Assembly (NCBI GenBank): GCA_039801565.1
Contig: JBDRUX010000001.1
Span: forward strand, 62,577-126,576
DNA length: 64,000 bases
Direction of reading: 5' to 3'
From: a candidate division WOR-3 bacterium
GTDB taxonomy: Bacteria; Hydrothermota; Tepidihabitantia; Tepidihabitantales; JAOUPE01
The translations under genes were made by a program, and so were the position numbers. This document shows, piece by piece, positions 1 to 9,456 of the stretch (positions are counted from its first letter, which is position 1; every line of letters starts with the position of its first letter). Below the pieces are notes generated by a model. That model was given only the letters and a program-made list of their open reading frames with translations, was not told the origin of the DNA and did not search any database.

Positions 1-2124
1 TACTGCATTATTGATAATAACCTCAAGGGCATATTCAATTTCTTTTCGGTCAATCCGCACTAAGGGGAGTTTTTCACCTAATTCTAATTTTAATTTAATC
101 CCAGAACCGATGGTTAACGAATATTTATCAATAAGTTCTTTTAATATGCGATTAATATCTTCGGCTTGCAAATCGAGTGGAGCGAACCGAGTGAACCGGA
201 GAAAACTATCGGTTAATTTACGCAGCCTGGCTATCTCTTCCCTGATATTATGGACCAGCTCTTTTGCCCGTTGTTTATCTTCTACTTGGCAGACTTCTGC
301 CAATTGTTCGGTTGCCAGTTGGATATTCATTAACGGCGTCCTCATACCGTGCGCCAACTTTTGAGCGACCGGTGCCCAAGTTTCGATTTGACCAAGATGG
401 CGCAATTTCGTAATGTCTTCAATTCTTAAAGTATAGGTGTTGCGTCGTGGCAACTGATAAAAATTTAGCGATAAAATCTTCTCATCGGCTGCGTCTTTAA
501 TTGTAAATGTCTCGTTTTCGAATTGCTGAAAATCTTTTAGCTTATTGGAAAGTTCTGTAAGCCCAGCCTTTTGCAACTCTGCGAAAAGGTTGGCATTGTT
601 TAAATTCTTGATGCCGAGCAGATTACAAGCCGACACATTCGCGACTTTTATCTTTCCTTGGCGATTGAAGAGAATGTAGCCGATTTGGGTAATTTTGCTA
701 TAAAATTTCTTGGCAACCCTTTCCGAGTAAGTTAATAGCCACCACAAGATGTAAGAAATAATCAGCCCTAAAATGATGAGATTGAGTAAAATCGCGTTAA
801 ATAAATGTCCGGTCCTTTTAGCAATTGGGGTTGGTTCAAATCGGTAGAGAATAAACTCGGTTTCATCTTTAGCCGGTTGACTAATCAGGACCTTTTTGGT
901 CTTCTGCTCCCGTACCAATTTAATAGCTCCTGAATTTAAGCCAACGCCTTGGTCTACAAGACTTTTGGCTAATGGCAATTGGGCGATAACTTTTAACTGA
1001 TGATTGAAGATCACTAACTTATTATCTTCGGTAGTGGTGATGATTTCTTTTCGGCCATCGCCAATTAAATCGTAGACTCCCATCACATCGATACCACGAT
1101 GGTTGTCATAGGTCAAGATTTCATCTAAATCCGAATTGAAGACTCGAATTTTACCATCTAAGTTACCGGTGATGATTTCATCGCAACCATCAAGGTTGAT
1201 ATCTGAACATGCCATTCCCCAAAAGTTTTCTCCGGTCTGGATAGATTTTTTTAACTTGCCATCGGGTGTCAAGATTAAAATTTTATCCGATTCATAGGAT
1301 TCCCGTTTTGAAGATGTAGCTACAATCACCTCCTTTCTACCATCTTTATCAATGTCTGAGGCGGCGATTTCGGTTTCACAGAAGTACTCACCGGTTTGTT
1401 GTTGCCATAATAATTTACCTTTGCAGTCCAAAACAATCACATAACTCGCAAGGTCAGTAGTATTATTTGCACTACTGCCATTAGCTGGGGAATAAGTTCC
1501 AACAATAATTTCGGGTTTTAGGTCATCATTAATATCTTCAACGATTATTTTTACAACGATTGGACCAATCCAATAGTGCCACAGTTCTTTTCCGGTCTTT
1601 AGGTCATAAACGGCTAAACCGCGGGGTTGCAAATCAAAACCGCAGCCAACATTCAATAATAAATCCAAGTTTCCATCGTCATTGGCATCAATACAGTTTA
1701 TTGCCGTAACCGAGCCATCCCATTTGCCATCCTGATTCTTATCGGTCATCTTTACGGTGGGCAAGCTCTTTATTAAATTGCCCGATTTGGTTGAACCGTA
1801 ACAATTAACAATTTCGGTTGCACCTTTAGTATAACTGGCAAAGATTTCTTTTATACCATCTTGATTGATATCCAAGACGGAAAAAGTTTTAAAACGATTT
1901 GATAGAAAATAATAATCCCAACAGACCCTTCCCTTTTGGTCTAAAAGTTGCATATTGTAATCGCTGATTTTTAATAATTCATCGGTTTTATCCTGATTGA
2001 TATCTAAAGGAAAAATTTCGATACCGGTGAACTTTCGCTCCTCTTTTAAGCAAAATGGCAATTTCTCGGCTGGAATCGCCAAAGAAGTTAAAAATAAAAT
2101 GGTGATAACCGCCTTCTTTCTCAT
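1..2124 (-). CDS. Sensor histidine kinase: signal peptide, extracellular FG-GAP/beta-propeller sensor, TM helix, PAS-like region, HisKA (3' end runs off the window)
   Basis: Manual translation from ATG at 2124: MRKKAVITILFLTSLA..., repeated D-I-N/D-x-D-G-x-x-E/D motifs, hydrophobic TM near 740-810, H-box WAPVAQKLAHGMRTPLMNIQL near 310-380. Missing from the ORF track because it has no stop in the window. Confidence 0.85.
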   Translation of the reverse strand, partial: MRKKAVITILFLTSLAIPAEKLPFCLKEERKFTGIEIFPLDINQDKTDELLKISDYNMQLLDQKGRVCWDYYFLSNRFKTFSVLDINQDGIKEIFASYTKGATEIVNCYGSTKSGNLIKSLPTVKMTDKNQDGKWDGSVTAINCIDANDDGNLDLLLNVGCGFDLQPRGLAVYDLKTGKELWHYWIGPIVVKIIVEDINDDLKPEIIVGTYSPANGSSANNTTDLASYVIVLDCKGKLLWQQQTGEYFCETEIAASDIDKDGRKEVIVATSSKRESYESDKILILTPDGKLKKSIQTGENFWGMACSDINLDGCDEIITGNLDGKIRVFNSDLDEILTYDNHRGIDVMGVYDLIGDGRKEIITTTEDNKLVIFNHQLKVIAQLPLAKSLVDQGVGLNSGAIKLVREQKTKKVLISQPAKDETEFILYRFEPTPIAKRTGHLFNAILLNLIILGLIISYILWWLLTYSERVAKKFYSKITQIGYILFNRQGKIKVANVSACNLLGIKNLNNANLFAELQKAGLTELSNKLKDFQQFENETFTIKDAADEKILSLNFYQLPRRNTYTLRIEDITKLRHLGQIETWAPVAQKLAHGMRTPLMNIQLATEQLAEVCQVEDKQRAKELVHNIREEIARLRKLTDSFLRFTRFAPLDLQAEDINRILKELIDKYSLTIGSGIKLKLELGEKLPLVRIDRKEIEYALEVIINNAV

Positions 2125-2182
2125 ACACTCATAGCTATTTTGTATAATACAATATCCATTAGTCTCTGTCAATAATTTTGTT

Positions 2183-2217
2183 AAAAAAGGTCCCTCAGAG
2201 TGTACATCTGAGGGACC
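2183..2217 (-). terminator. Rho-independent terminator
   Basis: Perfect 11-bp stem GGTCCCTCAGA/TCTGAGGGACC with 7-nt loop, followed by T6 on the minus strand. Confidence 0.8.
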
Positions 2218-2304
2218 CTGCCTAACCGACTTGACCCCAAAAACGGACTGGGGTGGGAAGGAAACTTCACCTTAGCACACAACGAGAGAGACCCGACCTC
2301 TCAT
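2183..2304 (-). ncRNA. Candidate sigma54-dependent small RNA (~120 nt, three hairpins)
   Basis: Lies between a -24/-12 promoter and a terminator. Hairpins AUGAGAG/CUCUCGU, ACCCCA/UGGGGU and the terminator stem; only a 10-codon ORF. Confidence 0.55.
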
Positions 2305-2312
2305 ATCTATTA

Positions 2313-2330
2313 TTGCAAAATTTGTGCCAG
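2313..2330 (-). promoter_or_regulatory. sigma54 (-24/-12) promoter
   Basis: Minus strand CTGGCACAAATTTTGCAA = TGGCAC-N5-TTGC with exact GG-N10-GC spacing. Confidence 0.75.
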
Positions 2331-2423
2331 AAGATTAAATTAAAGTTCGATTTTCTTTCTTATTGTAAAATAATAACTTAAATTAAGGGTCAATTAAACC
2401 ACTCTTTTTAAAAGTCATTGATG

Positions 2424-2459
2424 TTGCATTTATGCAAATTTTGTTGTAAATAAGCAGCA
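2424..2459. promoter_or_regulatory. Putative tandem enhancer (bEBP UAS) sites
   Basis: Palindrome TTGCA-TTTA-TGCAA plus imperfect TGTTGT-AAATAA-GCAGCA, ~120-155 bp upstream of the predicted TSS. Confidence 0.45.
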
Positions 2460-2778
2460 CAATTGATTTGGGTGTGGGTCATAATAGATTGCGGTTCTTG
2501 ACCATTTAGTATGGAAGACACTTGAGGCATCGCTTCAATCCTTTGTCCACCATAAAGCCAATCTCTTCACTCAATCCTAAATATTACCTATACCGTCACC
2601 AATATTGGATCAAATAACAATCCTTTCTCAGTCTCAAAAAAACGAAACCATTCCAATTTCATAAACAATTATACACAATCGGCTCAATATTTTAACCATT
2701 TGGTTGGTAATATTCCGATAGCCACTACAGTGGTTGCTTCTCGGAGTGCTATACGGGACTACCGAAGAAGCAAGGAGA

Positions 2779-3115
2779 TTAGTGAATAGAAATTAACGAA
2801 GATGTTGCGATGTGATTTATCGCAAAACAGCGGTTGTTCGGTAGCGTTGTTGGATTGGCCATTCGTGATGAGGTCAGTTGTGCCAGCATCTTTTGGTTTC
2901 TTTGTTTAAGATCGATTCTATCCGGCTCTTTTAAAAATTTCACTGAAGACGCACCACAAACTCTAAGGCACTTAAGAATTGTATTCAAAGATGAATTTTT
3001 TACCCTACCCTTTTCCTGAATTTAAAGACAAGCCAATACCTTTAGCCACCTCGGCTTGTGACAAATTTACCTTCTGACAGGTTTTAATTAAAAGCTTTAC
3101 TATTGCTTGGGTTAT
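2779..3115 (-). pseudogene. XRE-family HTH regulator remnant
   Basis: Frame reads ...KVNLSQAEVAKGIGLSLNSGKG*GKNSSLNTILKCLRVCGAS..., with an internal TAG and no clear start. Confidence 0.6.
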
Positions 3116-3162
3116 AATTGTTTAATTATTTTAAGGTTTTAAAAAGTATACTATTTAGTATA

Positions 3163-3380
3163 TACCAAAAATCAAGCCGAAATTTCTTTTAACTAGTAGC
3201 CTCGTAGGTTGGTTCAGGGGTTAGCTGAGGACCAAGTTCGCAAGCGAGTTGGGAGGCAACTTGGGAAACGGGTTAGGGATTTGGTTAGGAAATTAGCTGG
3301 GGAGCTGGTTCGGAGGCGGCCCCGTGAGCTACCTCAGGGATTGGCTAGTAGGCAAGCTGGAAAGTAAAATCGTAGGCTGA
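3163..3380 (+). repeat. Dispersed 12-nt-period G-rich repeat element, copy A
   Basis: Leader ccaaaaatcaagccgaaatttcttttaac shared with copy B; degenerate 12-mers related to ctaccccgtagg. Confidence 0.65.
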
Positions 3381-3488
3381 CTTTTTCCTAATAATAAAGA
3401 TTTAAAAAAATAAGATTCTTTCGCATCTCAATTTTGCCAATTTTGTTCATATTAAAATCTTAATTTTGCTCACTTTTTGCAATTTAAA

Positions 3489-4457
3489 TTAAAAAATATA
3501 CCGCATCGCTTGTTTTAAAAGCGGAACGCCGCGTATCTCTTTATCCATTTCGGGCAAGATTCCTAAGACATTGGGAAAGGTTAATTTTATCTCAGCCAAA
3601 TATTTTTCTTGCATCGCAATGCGATTCAAAACAAATTCGGGAGCATTGTCTTTGACCAAACTCTTATCAATCACTCGATTCACAATCACCCCGCCGACCG
3701 GAATGCCGAATTCTTTAAACCAACCGATGAACCTTTTAATCACCGCAATCGGTAAGGCTTCGGGTAAAGTGACAAAGAAGAATGCGGTTAATTGGTTATC
3801 GGTTAAGAGGTTGTGGACGCGTTCAATCCGTTCTTTAAAATTTAAAAGATAAGTTAGTAAAGGGTCCTTTTCATCTTTTTGCGAAAAGGATAATTTCTTT
3901 CTTAATTCCGTAGCCTCTTTGCGGCTGGCGAGCATCTTTTCAACCCATAAGGTATAGACCTTTGACATACCAAGTAATCTTCGGGCATTAGCGGTTGGCG
4001 CAGTATCAAAAACGTAGCAATCGTATTTATTCTCAAACATCAAATCTACCATCTTTTCAAACATCGCCGACTCTTCAAATGCCGGATTCATCGTAGCGGA
4101 TTCAATAAAATCTTCGGTCTTTTGACCTGAGATATCAGCATATTTTAAGAACCATTCAATCTTCTCTTTGATTTCACCTTTCTTTTTGCTAATAATCTCT
4201 TTGGTCTCAATCTCTAAGGCATAGAGATTAGTATTGCTAACCTTGGTCTCTTTACCAAAGACATTTTGTTCTAACAAACCAGAAAGGCTGTGCACTGGAT
4301 TAGTTGAAGCGAGTAAGACCTTCTTACCAGTTTCGGAAAGATAGAGTGCGGTCATTCCTGCCAAGACAGTTTTACCGACACCGCCCTTACCACCAAAGAA
4401 AATATACTTTAAAGTTGGGTGACTGTTAATAAATTCTTTCATTTTTTTTGAAACCAC
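3489..4457 (-). CDS. ArsA/GET3-family ATPase (CstA-associated), paralog 2
   Basis: GGKGGVGKT P-loop; STNPVHSL (DPAH-like); FDTAPTAN. Confidence 0.9.
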   Translation of the reverse strand: MVSKKMKEFINSHPTLKYIFFGGKGGVGKTVLAGMTALYLSETGKKVLLASTNPVHSLSGLLEQNVFGKETKVSNTNLYALEIETKEIISKKKGEIKEKIEWFLKYADISGQKTEDFIESATMNPAFEESAMFEKMVDLMFENKYDCYVFDTAPTANARRLLGMSKVYTLWVEKMLASRKEATELRKKLSFSQKDEKDPLLTYLLNFKERIERVHNLLTDNQLTAFFFVTLPEALPIAVIKRFIGWFKEFGIPVGGVIVNRVIDKSLVKDNAPEFVLNRIAMQEKYLAEIKLTFPNVLGILPEMDKEIRGVPLLKQAMRYIF

Positions 4458-4466
4458 CGAGAAATA

Positions 4467-4508
4467 AAAAATTTTAAAACCGCGGATGGGCGCGGATTCA
4501 CACGGATA
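4467..4508. repeat. Left inverted repeat flanking the GxxExxY gene
   Basis: aaaattttaaaaccgcggatgggcgcggattcacacggat; near reverse complement of 4960-4990. Confidence 0.75.
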
Positions 4509-4520
4509 TAATTATTTTTG

Positions 4521-4952
4521 TCAATCAGTATGTAATCGCTTTTCATTCTTTTTATTTTTCCTTGATAAAACCAATCTTTTATATTCTAACTTGGGTTTGG
4601 CAAAATTAAGGATTACTCCAACTTCGATACCTGTCGCTTTCAAATAATTTAGTATTTGTGCTTCGTGGATTTTTTCAATCTTATCGCAGGCTTTTACCTC
4701 GACAATTACTTTTTTATCAATAATTATATCAGAAATGTAATTACCAACTTTTTTCCTTTTGTAAAAAACTTCAATCAATTTTTGATTTTCGACCGGAAGA
4801 TTTCTACTTCGAAATTCTTCAAGCAAGGCATTCTCATATACTTTTTCCAAGAATCCACAACCTAAATAATTGTGAACCTCAAAAGCAGCATTAAGTATTT
4901 TATGAGTCAATTCGCTATGTAATAGGTCTTTTGGTAAATTAATATTTTCCAT
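4521..4952 (-). CDS. GxxExxY protein (PD-(D/E)XK nuclease-like)
   Basis: LGCGFLEKVYENAL signature, D-I-I-I...VEVK, HEAQILNYLKA, LNF. Confidence 0.92.
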   Translation of the reverse strand: MENINLPKDLLHSELTHKILNAAFEVHNYLGCGFLEKVYENALLEEFRSRNLPVENQKLIEVFYKRKKVGNYISDIIIDKKVIVEVKACDKIEKIHEAQILNYLKATGIEVGVILNFAKPKLEYKRLVLSRKNKKNEKRLHTD

Positions 4953-4959
4953 CGGCGTA

Positions 4960-4990
4960 TAATCCGCGTGAATCCGCGGTTAAAATTTTT
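4960..4990. repeat. Right inverted repeat flanking the GxxExxY gene
   Basis: aatccgcgtgaatccgcggttaaaattttt, abutting the stop codon of the upstream ATPase gene. Confidence 0.75.
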
Positions 4991-5960
4991 AATCATACAT
5001 TATCATTGCCATTTTTTCAATCATCGCTAAACCGGTGACATCGCGCTCTAATTCCGGCACCCAGCCCAATACTTTTTCACCGAATTTTTGCTTAATATCC
5101 GTCATCGGCTGGCGTTGGCTTGCGATTCGATTCTTTAGATATTGCGGAATATTCTCTTTTTCTAACTCTTGCGGAATTACCCGATTGACCACAAAGCCGG
5201 TTATCGGCACACCATAACGCGAAAATAGTCCTGCTGCCTTTTCGGTATCAATAACACTCATTGCCTCTGGTGTCAGCACAAAAAAGAAACCAGTTTTTTC
5301 TTTATCAGTAAAGATTGAAGAAGCGAGATTGATTCTTTTGCGGATATATTGCAACTCGGCAAGGATTTCGTCCTCTTCTTTTATCTCTTCACTTTTCATT
5401 TTCGCTACCACTGCTTCGTATCTTCGCATCTCTTCCCGTAATGAAGTAATCTTATTAATCCATTCATCATAGATTGAACTCATCGAGAGATAATAAAGGG
5501 CATGACCTAAAGGCACTAAGTCATAAATATAATAATCAAAATTGGTGGTATTGACGATATCCACTACCGCATCAAAAATGGCACTTTCTTCCATTGCTGG
5601 TTCAGCTGAAGTGGCAGTAATATAACTTTCAATCTCCTCAGGTACTTTTTCAAAGCCATAACGGTCAAGAATCTTTTTTCTTATCTCATCCTGATACTCT
5701 TGGATTCTTTTATCAGCATCAATCTCCTGAGCAAACAAATTGGGAATTATCTCTTGGGCACCTTTACCGAAAATATCCTTTTCAAAGATATCCGAAAGTG
5801 AAGCCTGGGGGTCAACCGAAAAGACCAAAACCTTTTTACCTTGCTTGGCTAACCAGAAGGCGGTTGCCGCAGAAAAAGTCGTTTTGCCCAAACCACCTTT
5901 GCCACCAAACATAATATATTTCATCTTCGGATTCTTTTGAAACACTTCTTTTAAGGTCAT
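4989..5960 (-). CDS. ArsA/GET3-family ATPase (CstA-associated), paralog 1
   Basis: GGKGGLGKTT; SVDPQASLSD; YDLVPLGH in place of DTAPTGH. Confidence 0.9.
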   Translation of the reverse strand: MTLKEVFQKNPKMKYIMFGGKGGLGKTTFSAATAFWLAKQGKKVLVFSVDPQASLSDIFEKDIFGKGAQEIIPNLFAQEIDADKRIQEYQDEIRKKILDRYGFEKVPEEIESYITATSAEPAMEESAIFDAVVDIVNTTNFDYYIYDLVPLGHALYYLSMSSIYDEWINKITSLREEMRRYEAVVAKMKSEEIKEEDEILAELQYIRKRINLASSIFTDKEKTGFFFVLTPEAMSVIDTEKAAGLFSRYGVPITGFVVNRVIPQELEKENIPQYLKNRIASQRQPMTDIKQKFGEKVLGWVPELERDVTGLAMIEKMAMIMYD

Positions 5961-5972
5961 AGCATTCAGTTT

Positions 5973-6533
5973 TTATCCTTCTTGAATTTTTATTGATGCC
6001 AAGGCTTTTTGGAAGGCGGTTTCGTATTTGGTAAAGTCTTCAGGCAAGGCTCTAAAGAAAACCTCAATGACTTCACCGTCTTTGCCGATATAAAGTTCAA
6101 TCACCTTATATTCTGCTTCTTTTATTACCTCAATCGCATTAAAATTACCAATCTTCCTTTGTGTCTTAGCAACAATCCGAGTTTTGGTTACTTCTTCTAA
6201 CTCCTCTTCACCGACGATATTACCTAAGGTCTTTGTCATCTTTTCAAACATTGATTCTATCTTTGCTGATTCTTTTAGCGTGTTCTCAACAAATTCTTCT
6301 ACGGTCTGTTCTTCTTCCAATTGGTATTTAACAACCATCCCCCAGTTATCATCCCTTTTGGCTGGTTCATAAAAACTGGTTGAGTCTTTGGGGTCGGTCT
6401 GCCAACCGGTAGGTAAGTTCATTGAAAATCCTAAATCTGGGATTATCACTCGGTTACTACCTTTTTGACAATCAAGTGATAACAGAAGAATAAAAGTTAA
6501 GCCACTAAATAAAATCTTAACAATTTTTACCAT
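5973..6533 (-). CDS. Hypothetical exported protein/lipoprotein (PsbP-like)
   Basis: Hydrophobic N-terminus ending in Cys; GFSMNLPTGW motif. Confidence 0.6.
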   Translation of the reverse strand: MVKIVKILFSGLTFILLLSLDCQKGSNRVIIPDLGFSMNLPTGWQTDPKDSTSFYEPAKRDDNWGMVVKYQLEEEQTVEEFVENTLKESAKIESMFEKMTKTLGNIVGEEELEEVTKTRIVAKTQRKIGNFNAIEVIKEAEYKVIELYIGKDGEVIEVFFRALPEDFTKYETAFQKALASIKIQEG

Positions 6534-6588
6534 TCAGTTTTATTTTATCTGATTAAGAATCAAAGTCAATCGTTCGATTGGTTCGGAT

Positions 6589-7485
6589 TCAACCTAAGAA
6601 GACTAACAAGGCGCCACTGAAGGCAATAATTATTGCGAAGAGACGAATTAGGGTTATTGGTTCTTTTAAAAGGATTGCCGCAAGGATGAAGACAAAGATA
6701 TAGCTCGTTTGATTCAAAGGTGCGGCAATTGAAGCCTGGGTATATTTCATTCCGCCCAGCCAGACAACCAATGTGAAATAGGTTCCAACCAAACTGCCGC
6801 CGAGTGTATAGCCCAAACTTTTGGTTGTAAATAGAGAAGCGATAATTTGGTTACGATTAGGTAAAAATAAAGTAATAATTAAAAGGCTAAGAAAACCAGC
6901 AATCAGACGGATTTCGGTTGCCCATAATAATGGTGTCTTAGTGAGTAGTGGTTTAATTAAAATAACACTGATTGCAGTTGCTACCGAGGCTAAAACACCA
7001 CATAAGATTCCGATAAGCAATCCCTTTCTGGTTAAGTTTTTCGGTAGTTTTATCTGTGTGGTTGATGTTAAAGCAAAAAGGATTAAAATCACTCCCAAAA
7101 TCTGTAATAAAGATAAGCGTTCATTGAGGAATAAGACCGAAAGGATAATAATTGAGGGACTGTACATATAACCGACAATTGCGGATAGTGAAGCACCAAT
7201 TCGGTTTAGGCTCATAAAGAAAAAAGTGTCACCAATCGCCATCCCTAAGATACCACTAAGTAAAAAGATTGCGTATTCCTTTAAAGCAACCGGTCGCAAT
7301 AATTGCTCACCGAAAATTGTCATTGTTGGCAGTAATAAGAGCATTGCCAGAAGGTTTTTGAAAAGGTTCAGTCCAATTGGGTGAACTGTCTCGCCACTCT
7401 TTTTAAATAGAATAACCGCAAACGCCCAGGCAAGCGCACTGAGCAGAGCTAAAGTCTGTCCTAAATAAGGGAAATTGACTGGCAT
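6589..7485 (-). CDS. DMT/EamA family transporter
   Basis: ~10 TM segments in two EamA-like halves. Confidence 0.85.
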   Translation of the reverse strand: MPVNFPYLGQTLALLSALAWAFAVILFKKSGETVHPIGLNLFKNLLAMLLLLPTMTIFGEQLLRPVALKEYAIFLLSGILGMAIGDTFFFMSLNRIGASLSAIVGYMYSPSIIILSVLFLNERLSLLQILGVILILFALTSTTQIKLPKNLTRKGLLIGILCGVLASVATAISVILIKPLLTKTPLLWATEIRLIAGFLSLLIITLFLPNRNQIIASLFTTKSLGYTLGGSLVGTYFTLVVWLGGMKYTQASIAAPLNQTSYIFVFILAAILLKEPITLIRLFAIIIAFSGALLVFLG

Positions 7486-7522
7486 AATTAGAAGAAATGA
7501 TTATTTAGAAGTGATTGGGTGA

Positions 7523-7786
7523 TTAAGCTAAGGTATCGGTGAAATCCTTTTCCCTTAACATCCGACGCTTCCAAGTCGCAATCTGCGGCACACAATAAGG
7601 AAGTATCCTTAATGAATAATAAGGGGGTAGGATTGGAATCCCTAACATATCACCCATTGTGATTAGGATGAATAGATGCTCCATACTACCGCGGGTCTTT
7701 AAGGCAAACCGGGCGGTGTCATGGGCTGCCATACCGTAAACAAATTCTCTTATCGTCTTAAAAATTCCTTTTTTCTTTTCGCTCAT
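7523..7786 (-). CDS. Small CstA/ArsA-associated protein (cory-CC-star-like)
   Basis: EHLFILITMGDMLGIP...YYSLRILPY motif; located between cstA and the ArsA ATPases. Confidence 0.7.
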   Translation of the reverse strand: MSEKKKGIFKTIREFVYGMAAHDTARFALKTRGSMEHLFILITMGDMLGIPILPPYYSLRILPYCVPQIATWKRRMLREKDFTDTLA

Positions 7787-7791
7787 TTTAT

Positions 7792-9456
7792 TTACTCCTT
7801 TTGCTCTTCACCGGTCAATCTTTTATATTTTAAGAATGCCTTTAATCCGTCATAAGCCAGAATAATTGCCGCAACGAATAAGACCAGTCCAATTATCCCA
7901 GCAAAATAATTACCGATAATTGAACTGGTGGACAATCCTTTTCCGGTTACATCCAATCTCGTTATCGCCTGGCGTAAAACTGAAATACTTGTATAAATTA
8001 AAGCACTCATTGTTGTCACATACATAAATATCATTGGGTAAAAGGTAAAACCGGTGGGTTTCTTTTGGCTAACCAGCCAGACCGAGGCAATCAGTAAGGC
8101 AAGGCTTGCCATCAATTGATTGGCTGAACCGAAAAGAACCCAGATATAATTAAAAGTCCCGGTATAGACCAGGACAAAAGATAAGATTAAGGCAATCAAA
8201 GTCCCCAAGATCGGATTTCTTAAAGCGGGTATCTTTTTGCCCAAAAGTTCATTGGTCGCAATCCGCATAAAACGAACTACCAGATGTAAAATCGTGATTG
8301 CCAAAACAACAATCATCACCGGTCCATAAGCGTTACCCCAAGTCTTAGGCAAACCGATATAACTAAATATTTCACCCATCCCTTGCCCGAATAGGGTATG
8401 CCAGGCACCTTTAGCGGTAGTGACACTGACGATTATCAAGGCGATTAAGGCGAGTATCATCTCAAGAAACATCGCACCGGCAGTGACAACCCGAGTATCG
8501 GTATCCTTTTCCAATTGCCGAGAAGTGCCTGTGGAAGAAACATTACTATGCCAACCTGAAATCGCGCCGCAGGCAATCGTCACAAATAGCATTGGCCAAA
8601 GCGGCAGCCCATCAGCATTAAAACTGGTGAAGGCCGGGGCTTTGAAATTAGGATGACCGATGATTATTCCTAAGATTGTGCCAATCATCCCGAATAGGAT
8701 AATATAAAAACCGAGATAATTGACCGGTTGGACAAAGACCCAGATTGGTAAGACCGAGCCCAAAAAAGAGAAAAGCAAGGCAAAAATTAACCAGAGCATC
8801 TTATTTGCTTCTGGACTGGCTAAGGCGATTTGGATATGACTGCCGAAAAATAACGCAACATAAAAGATAACAAGCCCGATAATCGTAACCAGAATTAGAT
8901 TGAATCTAACATAATAGATTAGAAAACCGACAATCACACCAGCGATGCCAAGAAAGATTAGCGAAAAGGGGATATTGGGGTTATTAGCCATAAAAGTGGC
9001 TACCACATTGGCAAAGGCAGCAGCAATTAGTAAGAGATAGAAATAGATAAAAGAGAGTAAAATGATTCGGGTGCGGGGCGAGATTAGAGAGTAAGATATT
9101 CCGCCAAAGGTCTTGCCGTCGTTACGCATTGAGACGATTGCGCTCGTATAATCCTGAATCCAACCGATGAAAAATGTCCCTAAAAGAATCCAGATTAATC
9201 CGGGTAGCCAGCCCCATTTGATAGCGATGATTGGACCAAGCACCGGTGCTGCCCCAGCGATTGATTTGAACTGATAACCGAAAAGGATATTCTTTGAGGT
9301 TGGCATAAAATCAACCCCATCAGCATAAAGTCGGGCTGGAGTCGCTCGTTTCGGGTCGGTCTGGATTACTTTTTTGTCATAATATTTGGCATAAATTTGG
9401 AACCCAAGATAATATACTATTATACCAAGGATAATCACAACTACTGAATTCATCAT
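7792..9456 (-). CDS. cstA: Carbon starvation protein A family transporter
   Basis: TPARLYADGVDFMPT, SIAGAAPVLGPI, FVTIACGAISGWH, FGSANQL motifs. Confidence 0.92.
   Translation of the reverse strand: MMNSVVVIILGIIVYYLGFQIYAKYYDKKVIQTDPKRATPARLYADGVDFMPTSKNILFGYQFKSIAGAAPVLGPIIAIKWGWLPGLIWILLGTFFIGWIQDYTSAIVSMRNDGKTFGGISYSLISPRTRIILLSFIYFYLLLIAAAFANVVATFMANNPNIPFSLIFLGIAGVIVGFLIYYVRFNLILVTIIGLVIFYVALFFGSHIQIALASPEANKMLWLIFALLFSFLGSVLPIWVFVQPVNYLGFYIILFGMIGTILGIIIGHPNFKAPAFTSFNADGLPLWPMLFVTIACGAISGWHSNVSSTGTSRQLEKDTDTRVVTAGAMFLEMILALIALIIVSVTTAKGAWHTLFGQGMGEIFSYIGLPKTWGNAYGPVMIVVLAITILHLVVRFMRIATNELLGKKIPALRNPILGTLIALILSFVLVYTGTFNYIWVLFGSANQLMASLALLIASVWLVSQKKPTGFTFYPMIFMYVTTMSALIYTSISVLRQAITRLDVTGKGLSTSSIIGNYFAGIIGLVLFVAAIILAYDGLKAFLKYKRLTGEEQKE

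Noticed and set aside
3489..5960. Arsenic resistance operon
   Set aside because: No arsR/arsB/acr3/arsC/arsD; the context is CstA
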